This document shows positions 35,177 through 44,784 of a DNA stretch of 64,000 nt, in pieces. Position 1 is the stretch's first letter. The number at the start of each line of letters is the position of its first letter. Position numbers and translations under genes: made by a program. The DNA is from an uncultured Verrucomicrobiae bacterium (GTDB lineage: Bacteria; Verrucomicrobiota; Verrucomicrobiia; Chthoniobacterales; Chthoniobacteraceae). Location: assembly GCA_963769025.1 (NCBI GenBank), contig CAVYKI010000003.1:576001-640000 (forward strand). The letters are read 5' to 3'. Below the pieces are notes generated by a model that saw only the letters and a program-made list of their open reading frames with translations, searched no databases and was not told the DNA's origin.

Positions 35177-35563
35177 ATGAAGACCGACCTGATCCACCTC
35201 GCCGTGAACGGCACGCTCATGCGCGGACTCGAACTGAATGGAAATCTGCTCGCTGTCGGCGCGGAATTCGTCCGCGAAGACGCGACCGTGCCTGCCTATC
35301 GTCTGTTCTCGATCAACGACCGCCATCCAGGGATGTATCGCGTCCGCGAGGGCGGCGTCGCGGTCGCGGTGGAAGTGTGGGCCGTCCCGCCAGCCGGACT
35401 TGCCTCGGTGCTCCTGGCCGAGCCGCCGGGCCTCACGATTGGAAAGGTGCGGCTCGCGAGCGGCGCGGAGACGCTCGGTGTCCTCGCGGAGCCGATCCTC
35501 TGCGAAGGCCAGCGCGAGATCACTTCGCACGGCGGCTGGCGCGCCTACTGCGCCGCAAAATAA
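35177..35563 (+). CDS. Stand-alone allophanate hydrolase C-terminal (AH_C / GGCT-like) domain protein
   Basis: LAVNGTLMRGLELN, YRLFSI...PG, EVW, EPPGLTIGKVRL, REITSHGGWRAY match the AtzF C-terminal domain pattern. Confidence 0.8.
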   Translation: MKTDLIHLAVNGTLMRGLELNGNLLAVGAEFVREDATVPAYRLFSINDRHPGMYRVREGGVAVAVEVWAVPPAGLASVLLAEPPGLTIGKVRLASGAETLGVLAEPILCEGQREITSHGGWRAYCAAK

Positions 35564-35575
35564 CCGCGCAGTTCC

Positions 35576-36397
35576 TCAGCCGCCCCCGGTGACGCGGCGG
35601 ATGGACGGCATCTCCATCCCGGCGGCCGCGTAAAGAATCTGCCGCGCACGTGACAGCCGATCACGGAGCGCCACGCTGTCGGCGGCGACGATCTTCACGA
35701 TCCATCCGCCCGCTGGCAGCGAACTGCAGCCGACCCACGCGACGTCCGAATCATGAAGCGATCGCAGCGCATCCACCGGCGGCGAAAGCTCCGGAGCCAC
35801 GCACACGACGCTCGCGTAATACGCGGACTGGAATCGCGCGCGCAGGGCGCCCAGCGCACTTTCGCCAGGCACGAGCCGGAACCGCTCGCGAAGGACGTGC
35901 GTCGCGCCGACGGAAATATCGGTCGCAAATTGCAGCTCTTCATACGCGAAGACTTCGCCCGATGCCGTCCGCCCCGGCGCGATGCTCTCGCACCAGAGCA
36001 ACGTCGCACCTTCCGCCAAGCAAATGCGCGTGCGCTGCCGGTAGCGCGTGCGCCGTTGCGGGATGAGGTACTCCGGGAAGCAGTCGAGGCACCCGCCGCT
36101 CGCGACGGTGAATTCCTGCACGAGTTCCGCATGCCCGCCGGTCATCGCGTGCAGTCGGCTCGCACTCGGCGCGGTGAGCAGCAGCCGGGCGCCCGGCTCC
36201 ACATCCACATTCACATTCACACGGTCGCCGGAGAGAAACCCCGGCGACGGACTCGCGAGATTCACGACCAGCCAGCCCGCGTCGTGGTGCGGCTTGCTGA
36301 TGTGGAACGGCGCGGAAAACGACTGCCGCCTAAGCACGGTGCGGCCCGCGTCGTCCGGACACACGAGGAGTTCGAGATGGCCGTGCAGGCCGCTCAC
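35576..36397 (-). CDS. ureD: Urease accessory protein UreD
   Basis: [29 protein letters not shown] start overlaps ureG stop. Confidence 0.85.
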   Translation of the reverse strand: MSGLHGHLELLVCPDDAGRTVLRRQSFSAPFHISKPHHDAGWLVVNLASPSPGFLSGDRVNVNVDVEPGARLLLTAPSASRLHAMTGGHAELVQEFTVASGGCLDCFPEYLIPQRRTRYRQRTRICLAEGATLLWCESIAPGRTASGEVFAYEELQFATDISVGATHVLRERFRLVPGESALGALRARFQSAYYASVVCVAPELSPPVDALRSLHDSDVAWVGCSSLPAGGWIVKIVAADSVALRDRLSRARQILYAAAGMEMPSIRRVTGGG

Positions 36398-37005
36398 GGG
36401 GTGAAGAGAACCTCGCGGCGCAGCCAGGCGAGCAGTTCGTCCTTCCCCTTCCCCGAACGCAGATCGGCGAAGATGAACGGCCGCTCGCCGCGCTGGATTT
36501 TCGCGTCGCGTGCCATGACGCCGAGGTCGGCGCCGACATACGGTGCGAGTTCGATCTTGTTGATGAGCAGCAGATCGCTGTGGCGGATCGCGGGGCCGCC
36601 TTTGCGTGGGATTTTGTCCCCTTCGGCGACGTCGATGACGTAGATGAACGCATCCACCAGTTCCGGTGAAAACGTCGCGGAGAGATTGTCGCCGCCGCTT
36701 TCCACGAGGATGAGCCGCGCATCCGGGTGGCGGCGCTCGAGTTCCTCGATGGCGGCGACATTCATCGAGGTGTCGTCGCGGATCGCCGTGTGCGGGCAGC
36801 CGCCCGTCTCGACGCCGAGGATGCGATCCGCCGCGAGCGCCTCGCTGCGCGTGAGAAACTCGGCGTCCTCGCGCGTGTAGATGTCGTTCGTCACGACGGC
36901 CATGGAGAATTCGTCGCGCAGCCACTGGCAGAGCCGCAGGACGCACATTGTTTTGCCGGAGCCCACAGGGCCGCCGATTCCGATTCGCACAGGTCGTTTG
37001 TTCAT
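36394..37005 (-). CDS. ureG: Urease accessory GTPase UreG
   Basis: [34 protein letters not shown]. Confidence 0.97.
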   Translation of the reverse strand: MNKRPVRIGIGGPVGSGKTMCVLRLCQWLRDEFSMAVVTNDIYTREDAEFLTRSEALAADRILGVETGGCPHTAIRDDTSMNVAAIEELERRHPDARLILVESGGDNLSATFSPELVDAFIYVIDVAEGDKIPRKGGPAIRHSDLLLINKIELAPYVGADLGVMARDAKIQRGERPFIFADLRSGKGKDELLAWLRREVLFTP

Positions 37006-37691
37006 GAGATGAAAAGCCGCTCGTCCGCAAACTCGTGGCGCATCGAGGCGATTTCGAGCAGCGGGTCGAAGGTTCCCGCTCCATCGCGTGTCACCGCGAG
37101 CGATGCGGCGATGGTCGCCTCCGCCCGCGCGAGCGCACCGCGGAGGACGCGCTGGCAGCCGTCCTGGCCGATGCGGATCAATTTCAAGGACGCGCTGCAC
37201 ACGCCGGCGACACTTTGGTAAAACCACGCCCCGAGCGCCGCGGAGATCGGGAATCCCTCGCCCGCCGCCTGCACCGCGCAGACCATGAGGTGATGCCCGT
37301 GCGCCTCGCCACGCGCGACCGCCGCGGCTAACTCCGCGTAGCGCGGCAGTTCATTCACCGCGCGCAACGCCGCAAGCCGCCGACGTCCGATGGTCACGCT
37401 CGCCTCGCGGGCTTCCTTCGCGAGCTTCCACGCGGATATCTCGCGATCCACGGCGCACAGGCCCGGCAGATCATCGGCGGATTCGTGAGCGAAGCGGAGA
37501 TACGGCAACTCCAGCGCGGCGAGCGCAGGGAGCAGGTGTTCCGCCACAAACAGGCGCAGCCCATTCTCGTCACGCACGCCCGCGAGCCGCGCGTATTCCT
37601 CAAAGCCCAGCGAGTGCGCATATGCCCCCGTGGGGAAGAGCGCGTCGCTCGTCTGGAGAAGCGCCGGCAGCCACGCGAAATCAGGATTCAT
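37002..37691 (-). CDS. ureF: Urease accessory protein UreF
   Basis: [29 protein letters not shown]. Confidence 0.95.
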   Translation of the reverse strand: MNPDFAWLPALLQTSDALFPTGAYAHSLGFEEYARLAGVRDENGLRLFVAEHLLPALAALELPYLRFAHESADDLPGLCAVDREISAWKLAKEAREASVTIGRRRLAALRAVNELPRYAELAAAVARGEAHGHHLMVCAVQAAGEGFPISAALGAWFYQSVAGVCSASLKLIRIGQDGCQRVLRGALARAEATIAASLAVTRDGAGTFDPLLEIASMRHEFADERLFIS

Positions 37692-38109
37692 GGCCGTGAG
37701 TTTTCGCGAATGGGACAAACACCCGCTCGCAGGCGATGAACGGAATTTTCTCCCGCTCGAAAAGCTGCCGCAGCGCCGGATCATCCGGCACGCGGATGCA
37801 GTCGTCGGTGACCTGGATGGGGAAGTGCAGGTTTCCAATCGTCCACCCGAGCCGCGCGACAGGCGCCGCCTTCGCGATGAGCGCGACTTCCAGCACAGGC
37901 TCCGCCGTTTGCTCGATGCAATAAACGGCCGTCGGCGCGGCAAAAAACACCGCGCCATCCCCGAGCGGCCCGCTGAGGTCGAAACCAAACTCCTCGCCGT
38001 CCTCGGCAACTCCGCGCCAGCGGCGCTTCGCGAGCATCTGTCGCTCGGCGCGCAAAGCGATGCGAGGAAGCGACGGAACCTCGGCGAGCGCGGCGTGGAT
38101 GAGCGTCAT
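37681..38109 (-). CDS. ureE: Urease accessory protein UreE (short, no long His tail)
   Basis: [18 protein letters not shown], position between ureC and ureF. Confidence 0.88.
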   Translation of the reverse strand: MTLIHAALAEVPSLPRIALRAERQMLAKRRWRGVAEDGEEFGFDLSGPLGDGAVFFAAPTAVYCIEQTAEPVLEVALIAKAAPVARLGWTIGNLHFPIQVTDDCIRVPDDPALRQLFEREKIPFIACERVFVPFAKTHGHES

Positions 38110-38113
38110 GCGC

Positions 38114-39926
38114 TCAGAACAGGAAATACCGCTGCGCCATCGGGAGCACGCTCGCGGGCTCGCAGGTGAGCACGCGGCCGTCGGCGCGAACGGTGTAGGT
38201 CTCGGGATCGACCTCGATGTGCGGCGTGGCGTCGTTCCAGACGAGGTGCTTCTTCGTCACGTTGCGCGTTCCCTTCACGGCGACGAGGCGCTTGCCGAGC
38301 TTCAGCGAATCGAGTGCGCCGCTTTCCAATCCGGCACCGCTGACGAACGTGACACTGGTCGAAAATTTCGCGCGGCCGTGCGCCGCAAATTGCGGGCGGT
38401 AGAACATCGGCTGCGGCGTGGGGATGCTCGCGTTCGGGTCGCCCATGTTCGCCATCGCGATGAGGCCGCCTTTCAAAATCACCTCGGGCTTTACGCCGAA
38501 GAACGCGGGCTTCCACACGACGAGGTCGGCGAGTTTGCCGGGCTCGATGCTGCCGACTTCGTGCGCGATGCCGTGGGCGATGGCGGGATTGATCGTCGTC
38601 TTCGCGATGTAGCGCAGCGCGCGAAAGTTGTCGGCGGGGAAGTGGAACCGCCAAGGCGCCAAGACGCCAAGATGGGAAGATGTGGTGCCAACGACACTGC
38701 TGCCTTTCTCTTCCTTGGCGTCTTGGCGTCTTGGCGGTTCCAAAGTGCCAAACTGCACCTTCATCTTGTGCGCCGTCTGCCAGGTGCGCGTGATGACTTC
38801 GCCGATGCGGCCCATCGCCTGCGAATCGCTCGACATGATCGAGATCGCGCCGAGGTCGTGCAGCATGTCCTCGGCGGCGATGGTCTCGGGGCGGATGCGG
38901 CTCTCGGCGAACGCGACGTCCTCGGGGATCTTCGAGTCGAGGTGATGGCACACCATGAGCATGTCGAGATGCTCGGCGATGGTGTTCACGGTGAACGGCC
39001 GCGTCGGGTTTGTGGACGACGGCAGCACGTTCAGCTCGCCGCAGACGCGGATGATGTCCGGCGCGTGGCCCGCCGCCTGCGCCTTCGCTGTGGAAGGTGT
39101 GGATCGTGCGGCCCTTGAACGCGGCGAGCGTGGCTTCGAGGAAGCCGGCTTCGTTCAGCGTGTCGGTGTGGATGGCGACCTGCACGTCGAGTTCGTCCGC
39201 GACGCCGAGGCAGCAATCGATCGCCGCGGGCGTGGTGCCCCAGTCCTCGTGCAGCTTCAGGCCGATGACTCCCGCGCGCACCTGCTCGCGCAGCGGCTCG
39301 GGCGTGGAGCAGTTGCCTTTGCCGAGGAAGCCGATGTTCATCGGGTATTCGTCTGCGGCTTCGAGCATGCGGCGGATGTTCCAGATGCCGGGCGTGCAAG
39401 TCGTGGCATACGTGCCGTGCGCAGGGCCGGTGCCGCCGCCGATCATCGTGGTCACGCCGCTCGCGAGCGCGTGCTCGATTTGCTGCGGGCAGATGAAGTG
39501 GATGTGCGTGTCGATCGAGCCCGCCGTGACGATGCAGCCCTCGCCCGCGATGACCTCCGTCGCCGCTCCGATGATCATCGTGATCCCCTGCTGGATGCCG
39601 GGATTCCCCGCATGCCCGATGCCGACGATGCGCCCGCCCTTGATGCCGATGTCGGCTTTGATGATGCCCTGCACCGCGTCGAGAATCAGCGCATTCGTGA
39701 TGACGAGGTCGAGGCACTCCGCGTCGAGCGCCGTGGACGACTGGCCCATTCCGTCGCGGATGACTTTGCCGCCGCCAAATTTCACCTCATTCCCGTACCC
39801 GCCGCTCTCCGCGATGAGGTCGCGCTCGACCTCGATGAAAAGCTCCGTGTCCGCCAGTCGCACACGATCGCCTACCGTCGGCCCGAACATGTCTGCATAC
39901 TGGCGGCGGGTGAGCGTGAGTGGCAT
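38114..39926 (-). CDS. ureC: Urease subunit alpha (frameshift near 39075; carries an in-frame repeat-derived insertion)
   Basis: [58 protein letters not shown]. Confidence 0.97.
38643..38742. repeat. ACGCCAAG-family hairpin element, copy 1 (inside ureC, in frame)
   Basis: TGGAAC-(CGCCAAG N)x3 ... 42-nt loop ... (CTTGGCG N)x3-TTCCA. Confidence 0.92.
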
Positions 39927-39936
39927 GGCTATTTGG

Positions 39937-40029
39937 GTGAACCGCCAAGGCGCCAAGACGCCAGGAGATGCAGGCGACAGAAATTGTTTCCTCCTCCAGA
40001 CCTTGGCGTCTTTGCGTCTTGGCGGTCAC
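39937..40029. repeat. ACGCCAAG-family hairpin element, copy 2 (between GxxExxY gene and ureC)
   Basis: GTGAACCGCCAAGGCGCCAAGACGCCAGG ... CCTTGGCGTCTTTGCGTCTTGGCGGTCAC. Confidence 0.9.
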
Positions 40030-40035
40030 TCATAT

Positions 40036-40455
40036 TCAGTTCGAGCAGATGACGCGTTTGATGCCGTCTTTGATGAGTGGGACATTAAAGTTAATGAGCA
40101 ATCCGAGGCACCGGCTGCTCAGTTTGAGGTAAGTCAGCATCTGTGCCTTGTGGACGGGGAGCAGGTTTTCGACGGCTTTCAGTTCTACGATGAGCTTGCC
40201 CTCGACCAAAATATCGAGGCGGAGACCTGCCTCGATTTTTACGCCATCGTAAAGCACCGGCAGAGCGACTTGCCGATCCACTTTCAAACCGCGCTTGATG
40301 AGTTCGTGCGCAAGGCAAACTTCATACACGCCTTCGAGCAAACCCGGCCCGAGTTCCGTGTGAACCTTGAACGCTGCATTCACCACGGCTTTTGCCAGCA
40401 CGTCCAACTCCTCTTCGGGCTCCTCCCTTGGCGTCTTGGCGTCTTGGCGGTTCAT
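40036..40455 (-). CDS. GxxExxY family protein (PD-(D/E)XK nuclease-like)
   Basis: LGPGLLEGVYEVCL (GxxExxY), RLDILVEGKLIVELKAV, HKAQMLTYLK, GLLINFN; ATG overlaps ureB TGA (TGATG); visibly more AT-rich than its flanks. Confidence 0.93.
   Translation of the reverse strand: MNRQDAKTPREEPEEELDVLAKAVVNAAFKVHTELGPGLLEGVYEVCLAHELIKRGLKVDRQVALPVLYDGVKIEAGLRLDILVEGKLIVELKAVENLLPVHKAQMLTYLKLSSRCLGLLINFNVPLIKDGIKRVICSN
40427..40455 (-). repeat. ACGCCAAG-family single arm forming the first codons of the GxxExxY gene
   Basis: Minus strand ATGAACCGCCAAGACGCCAAGACGCCAAG encodes MNRQDAKTP. Confidence 0.92.
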
Positions 40456-40766
40456 CAAAGTTTCCCGTTCACCTTCGCGTTGAGGCCAAAGACTTCGCGC
40501 GCACCGCTGAGCGCGACGAGTTCCACGTCACGCGTGTCGCCCGGCTCGAAGCGGACGGCGGTGCCGGCCGGAATGTTGAGGCGGAATCCGCGCGCGGCTG
40601 CGCGGTCGAAGGCGAGCGATTCATTCACCTCGTAGAAATGGAAGTGGCTGCCGATCTGGACTGGCCGGTCGCCGGTGTTGGCGACTCGCACGACTTTGGT
40701 CGCGAGCGTGAGATTCGCCGGGAGTCCCGCGGGATCGTCGGCGACGATGATTTCTCCGGGGATCAT
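40455..40766 (-). CDS. ureB: Urease subunit beta
   Basis: [38 protein letters not shown]. Confidence 0.97.
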   Translation of the reverse strand: MIPGEIIVADDPAGLPANLTLATKVVRVANTGDRPVQIGSHFHFYEVNESLAFDRAAARGFRLNIPAGTAVRFEPGDTRDVELVALSGAREVFGLNAKVNGKL

Positions 40767-40778
40767 CGCTGACAGGTT

Positions 40779-40871
40779 GAACCGCCAAGACGCCAAGGCG
40801 CCAAGATGGCAAAAATGCCAAAAGGCGTGCCGTTGCCCGAAAATCTTGGCGTCTTGGCGTCTTGGCGGTGA
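40779..40871. repeat. ACGCCAAG-family hairpin element, copy 3 (between ureA and ureB)
   Basis: GAACCGCCAAGACGCCAAGGCGCCAAGAT ... ATCTTGGCGTCTTGGCGTCTTGGCGGTGA. Confidence 0.92.
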
Positions 40872-40881
40872 AAAATCATGT

Positions 40882-41184
40882 TTAGCGGATCGGATTGTGA
40901 ACCGTGACGAGTTTTGTGCCATCGGGGAACGTGGCCTCCACCTGCACCTCGTGGATCATTTCCGGGATGCCTTCCATCACGTCGGCGCGTGTGAGGATGG
41001 TCGTGCCGTGACTCATCAAGTCCACCACGGAGCGGCCATCGCGGGCGCCTTCCATGATCTCGTAGGAGATGATGGCGATGCTCTCGGGGTAGTTCAGCTT
41101 GAGGCCGCGTTTCTGGCGGCGGCGCGCGAGGTCGGCCGCGACGACGATGAGGAGCTTCTCGGTATCGCGCGGCGCAAGGTGCAT
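40882..41184 (-). CDS. ureA: Urease subunit gamma
   Basis: 100 aa; [27 protein letters not shown]. Confidence 0.98.
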   Translation of the reverse strand: MHLAPRDTEKLLIVVAADLARRRQKRGLKLNYPESIAIISYEIMEGARDGRSVVDLMSHGTTILTRADVMEGIPEMIHEVQVEATFPDGTKLVTVHNPIR

Positions 41185-41188
41185 CGAG

Positions 41189-41770
41189 TTAGAGGACGCC
41201 GAGCCCGATCAGGACCGCGACGGAAAGGATCGCGGCACCTGCTGCGCGGATGACGCGCTGCTGCGCAATGCGCTGAAGTGCGAGACCGCCGCTCACACCG
41301 AGGACGTGCAGAAGCGCGGTCGCGAGGTGGAAGCCCATCACCGTCTGAAACCCGGCGGCGTTTGCGGGAATCTCGCTGCCGTGTGCCTGGCCGTGAAACA
41401 GCGCGGCGACCGCGACCGCAGCGGCGCTCGCTCCGAGCGGAAGGCGCGCGGCGAAGGCAACCACTGCGCCCAGCCCGATGACGCTCGCGAGAATCGCCGG
41501 CTCCACGAACGGCAACCGGAGCCCGTTCATTCCCATCGCAGCTCCCGCGGCCATCGCGCCGACGAACGACAGCGGCAGCAGCCACAGCGCGCGCTTTCCG
41601 AGCTGCACCGCCCAGAGGCCGACGGCGACCATCGCCAGGATGTGGTCGAGCCCGGTGAAAGGATGCGCGAGGCCCCAGCCGATTCCGCCGACCTCCGCGC
41701 CATGCCCAGGATGGGCGTGGGCGAGCGTGGGGACGAGTGCAAGGGCAAGGGCGAGGCGGGCGTGTTTCAT
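41189..41770 (-). CDS. ureJ: HupE/UreJ nickel transporter
   Basis: [34 protein letters not shown]. Confidence 0.92.
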   Translation of the reverse strand: MKHARLALALALVPTLAHAHPGHGAEVGGIGWGLAHPFTGLDHILAMVAVGLWAVQLGKRALWLLPLSFVGAMAAGAAMGMNGLRLPFVEPAILASVIGLGAVVAFAARLPLGASAAAVAVAALFHGQAHGSEIPANAAGFQTVMGFHLATALLHVLGVSGGLALQRIAQQRVIRAAGAAILSVAVLIGLGVL

Positions 41771-41875
41771 GCGGGCAGGTTTAAGCGAATTCGCGTGGAA
41801 ATGTGAACCACGAACACGTGCGACCGCAAAGATGCCGCGTGGCATGAAACGGCGCGGAGCAGAAGATCGGCGAGA

Positions 41876-42834
41876 TCATACGGTGAGATGCCGCTTCACC
41901 ACTTCATCGGTCAGCGCTGCGACAGGCCCGGACGCCACGACCGTGCCGCGATCCATGATCGCGAAGACGTCGGCAAGCTCGCTGCAAAAATCGAGATACT
42001 GCTCGACGAGCAGGATGCTCATCTTGGCTTCGCCGTGGAGCCGCTGGAGCGCGGAGCCGATCTCGTCTCCGAGCCTCGTTCCCTCGGGCTGCTGCCTGCG
42101 GAGCTGGTCGATGCATTCGGCGAACCGGTTGAACATCGCGGGATGTTTTTCGACGCCTTCGCGCAGCAGGACGGTGATGGTTTCGCTGACCTCCGCCAGC
42201 AGCGGCGAATCCGGGCGTTCCCTCGTTGCGATAGCGTCTTCAGCGACTGGTTGATCTCGGCAAGCAATGCCGGGCTCATTGTGGTGGCCGCCGCGGCGGA
42301 GGAGCTTAATGGCATCGCCGATCTGGTCGATGATGTTGGGCTGAATGCCTTCGGTCGGCTCGTCGAGGATGAGGATCTTCGGCTCGGTGAGCAGCGCGCG
42401 GCCGATGGCGAGCTGCTGCTGCTGGCCGCCGGAGAGCATGCCGCCTTTGCGCGGCAGGAATTCCTTCAGGATCGGGAAGAGGCTGAAGACGCGGTCGAGG
42501 CTGCCGTTCGATCTTTTTGCCGAGCGCGATGGCGCCGATGTGCAGGTTCTCCTCGACGGTGAGCTGCGGGAAGATGTCGCGCCCTTGCGGGACGTAGCCG
42601 ATGCCGGCGGCGGCGCGCGCCTCGGAGGAGAGCTTGGTGATGTCCTGGCCGTCGAGCGTGATGCGGCCGGCGCTCGGCTTCATCACGCCGGTGATGCTGC
42701 GCAGCGTGCGAGGTCTTGCCGACGCCGTTGCGGCCCATGAGGCAGAAGACCTTGTGGTCCGGCACCTCGAAATCAACGCCGCGCAGGATGCGGCTGCCGC
42801 CGATGGAGAGTTCGATGGATTCTACCTTCAGCAT
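41876..42834 (-). CDS. urtE: Urea ABC transporter ATPase UrtE with long internal helical insertion (frameshifted)
   Basis: MGRNGVGKT, YVPQGRDIFPQLTVEEN, LSGGQQQQLAIGRAL, LDEPTEGIQPNI, LVEQYLDF. Confidence 0.9.
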
Positions 42835-42837
42835 GGT

Positions 42838-43621
42838 TCAGTGGGTGCGGGCCTTCCGGCCGAGATAGACTTCGATGCACGCGTTCGTCGTTCTGCACTT
42901 CATCGACCGGGCCTTCGCAGAGGACGCTGCCCTGGTGGAGCACGGTGACTTTGCGGCCCGGCGGCGATCTGCCGGACGAAGACCATGTCGTGCTCGATGA
43001 CGACGATGGTGTGCTTGCCGGCGAGGCAGAGGAGCAGTTCGCCGGTCTTGTGCGTTTCCTCGTCGGTCATGCCGGCGGCGGGTTCATCGACGAGGAGCAG
43101 CTTGGCGTTTTGCGCGAGGAGCATGCCGATCTCCAGCCACTGCTTCTGGCCGTGCGCGAGCGCGCCGGCCTTCCAGTCGCGCTGTTTCGTCGAGATTGAT
43201 CGTCTTGAGGATCTCGTCCATCCGGTCGCGTTCGGCGCTGTTCGGCTTGTGGAAGAGGCTCGCCCAGACGCCGCGGCTGCCCTCGAGGCTGAGCAGCAGA
43301 TTTTCCCAGACCGTGTGGTCGGTATAGACCGTGGGCGTCTGGAATTTCCGGCCGATGCCGAGCCGGTAGATCTGGTACTCGTTCATCCGCGTCACGTCGT
43401 GCGCGCCCTCGAATTCGATCGTGCCCGTGTCGGGCTTGGTGCGGCCGGTGATGAGATCGAGGAAGGTCGTCTTGCCCGCGCCGTTCGGCCCGATGACGGT
43501 GCGCAGTTCTCCCTCATCGAGGTAGAAGTTGAGGTTCGTGATGGCCTTGAAGCCGGCGAACGCCTTGTTCACGCCCTCGGCGGCGAGGAGAAATTGTTCG
43601 TTGGGTGGAATCGATCTTCAT
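42838..43621 (-). CDS. urtD: Urea ABC transporter ATPase UrtD (frameshifted)
   Basis: IGPNGAGKTT, GIGRKFQTP, VDEPAAGMT, IEHDM. Confidence 0.9.
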
Positions 43622-44768
43622 GGCTCCACGGCAGACTTGTCGGACAGGGCGGGTTCAGGCTCGCCGGCTTTTCGTCTGGCAAACACGCCGCGCAACTGCG
43701 CGGGCAGGCCGACGATTCCCTTGGGCATGAAGAGCACGACGAGGATGAACAGCACGCCGAGGATGATGAGCCAGTAGATCGGGATAGGCGCGCGTCGCCC
43801 AGCTCTTCAGCGCGTTCACGCTGATGGCGCCGATGATCGGGCCGACGAGCGTGCCGCGTCCGCCGACCGCGCACCAGACGACGGCTTCGAGCGATTTCTC
43901 CGGCGTCATCTCGCTCGGGTTGATGATGCCGACCTGCGGGACGTAGAGCGCGCCGCCGAGCGCTCGCGATGACGGCGCACGACGACGAAGATGAAGAGCT
44001 TGTAGTTCGCCGCGGCGTAGCCGGAGAAAAGCACGCGCGTTCTCGCGAGTCGCGGATGGCGCGCTGCACGAGGCCGAACTTCGTCGCGCGTGAGCCAGCG
44101 GCAGCAGCGCATAGACCGCGACGAGCAGCGACCGCCGTGGCGATGTAGAGGCCGCGCTGCGTCGCCGGCGTCGCGCATGTCGGCGCCGAGGACGCGCTTG
44201 AAATCGGTGAAGCCGTTGTTGCCGCCCATGGTCATGTCGTTGCGGAAGAACATGAGCGCCGCGCCGTAGGTGAGCGCCTGGGTGAGGATGGAGAAATAGA
44301 CGCCCTTGATCCGCGAGCGGAAGGCGAGGAAACCGAAGACCAGCGCGAGCAGCGCCGGGCACGAGCACGACCATGAGCAGCCGCGAAGCGGAAGGACGTA
44401 GAACGGCTTCCAGAACGTCGGCAGCAAGGTGTGCCCGAGGAAGACCATGAAGTCCGGCAGCAGGTTCGGATTGTTGCCGGACTTGAAGTACTGCCCGTCC
44501 TCCCCGATCATCAGCATGAGGTGCATGCCGAGCATGTAGCCGCCGAGGCTGAAAGAAGAGCGCCTGGCCGAGGCTGAGCAGGCCGGTGTAGCCCCAGAGC
44601 AGGTCGACGCGAGATCGCGAGCAGGCCGTAGCAGAGATATTTGCCCCAGAGGTTGATCGTGAAGTTGCTGACGACGCCCGCGGCATTCAGCGCGGGCAGG
44701 ACGACCACGAGAATCACGGCGATGATGGCCGCGATCAGGAGTTCGATTTTGGAAATATTGCGCTTCAT
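43618..44768 (-). CDS. urtC: Urea ABC transporter permease UrtC (frameshifted)
   Basis: [58 protein letters not shown]. Confidence 0.9.
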
Positions 44769-44784
44769 TTTTGGGTCGTGGCGC

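Noticed and set aside
38643..40871. CRISPR array interpretation of the repeat/unique-loop units
   Set aside because: The repeats are inverted pairs dispersed among genes, not tandem direct repeats, and no cas genes are present.
40455..41184. Fused ureAB gene with the hairpin as linker
   Set aside because: ureA ends in the canonical HNPIR-stop and is out of frame with ureB, which has its own MIPGE start. A fusion would need an extra indel for which there is no evidence.
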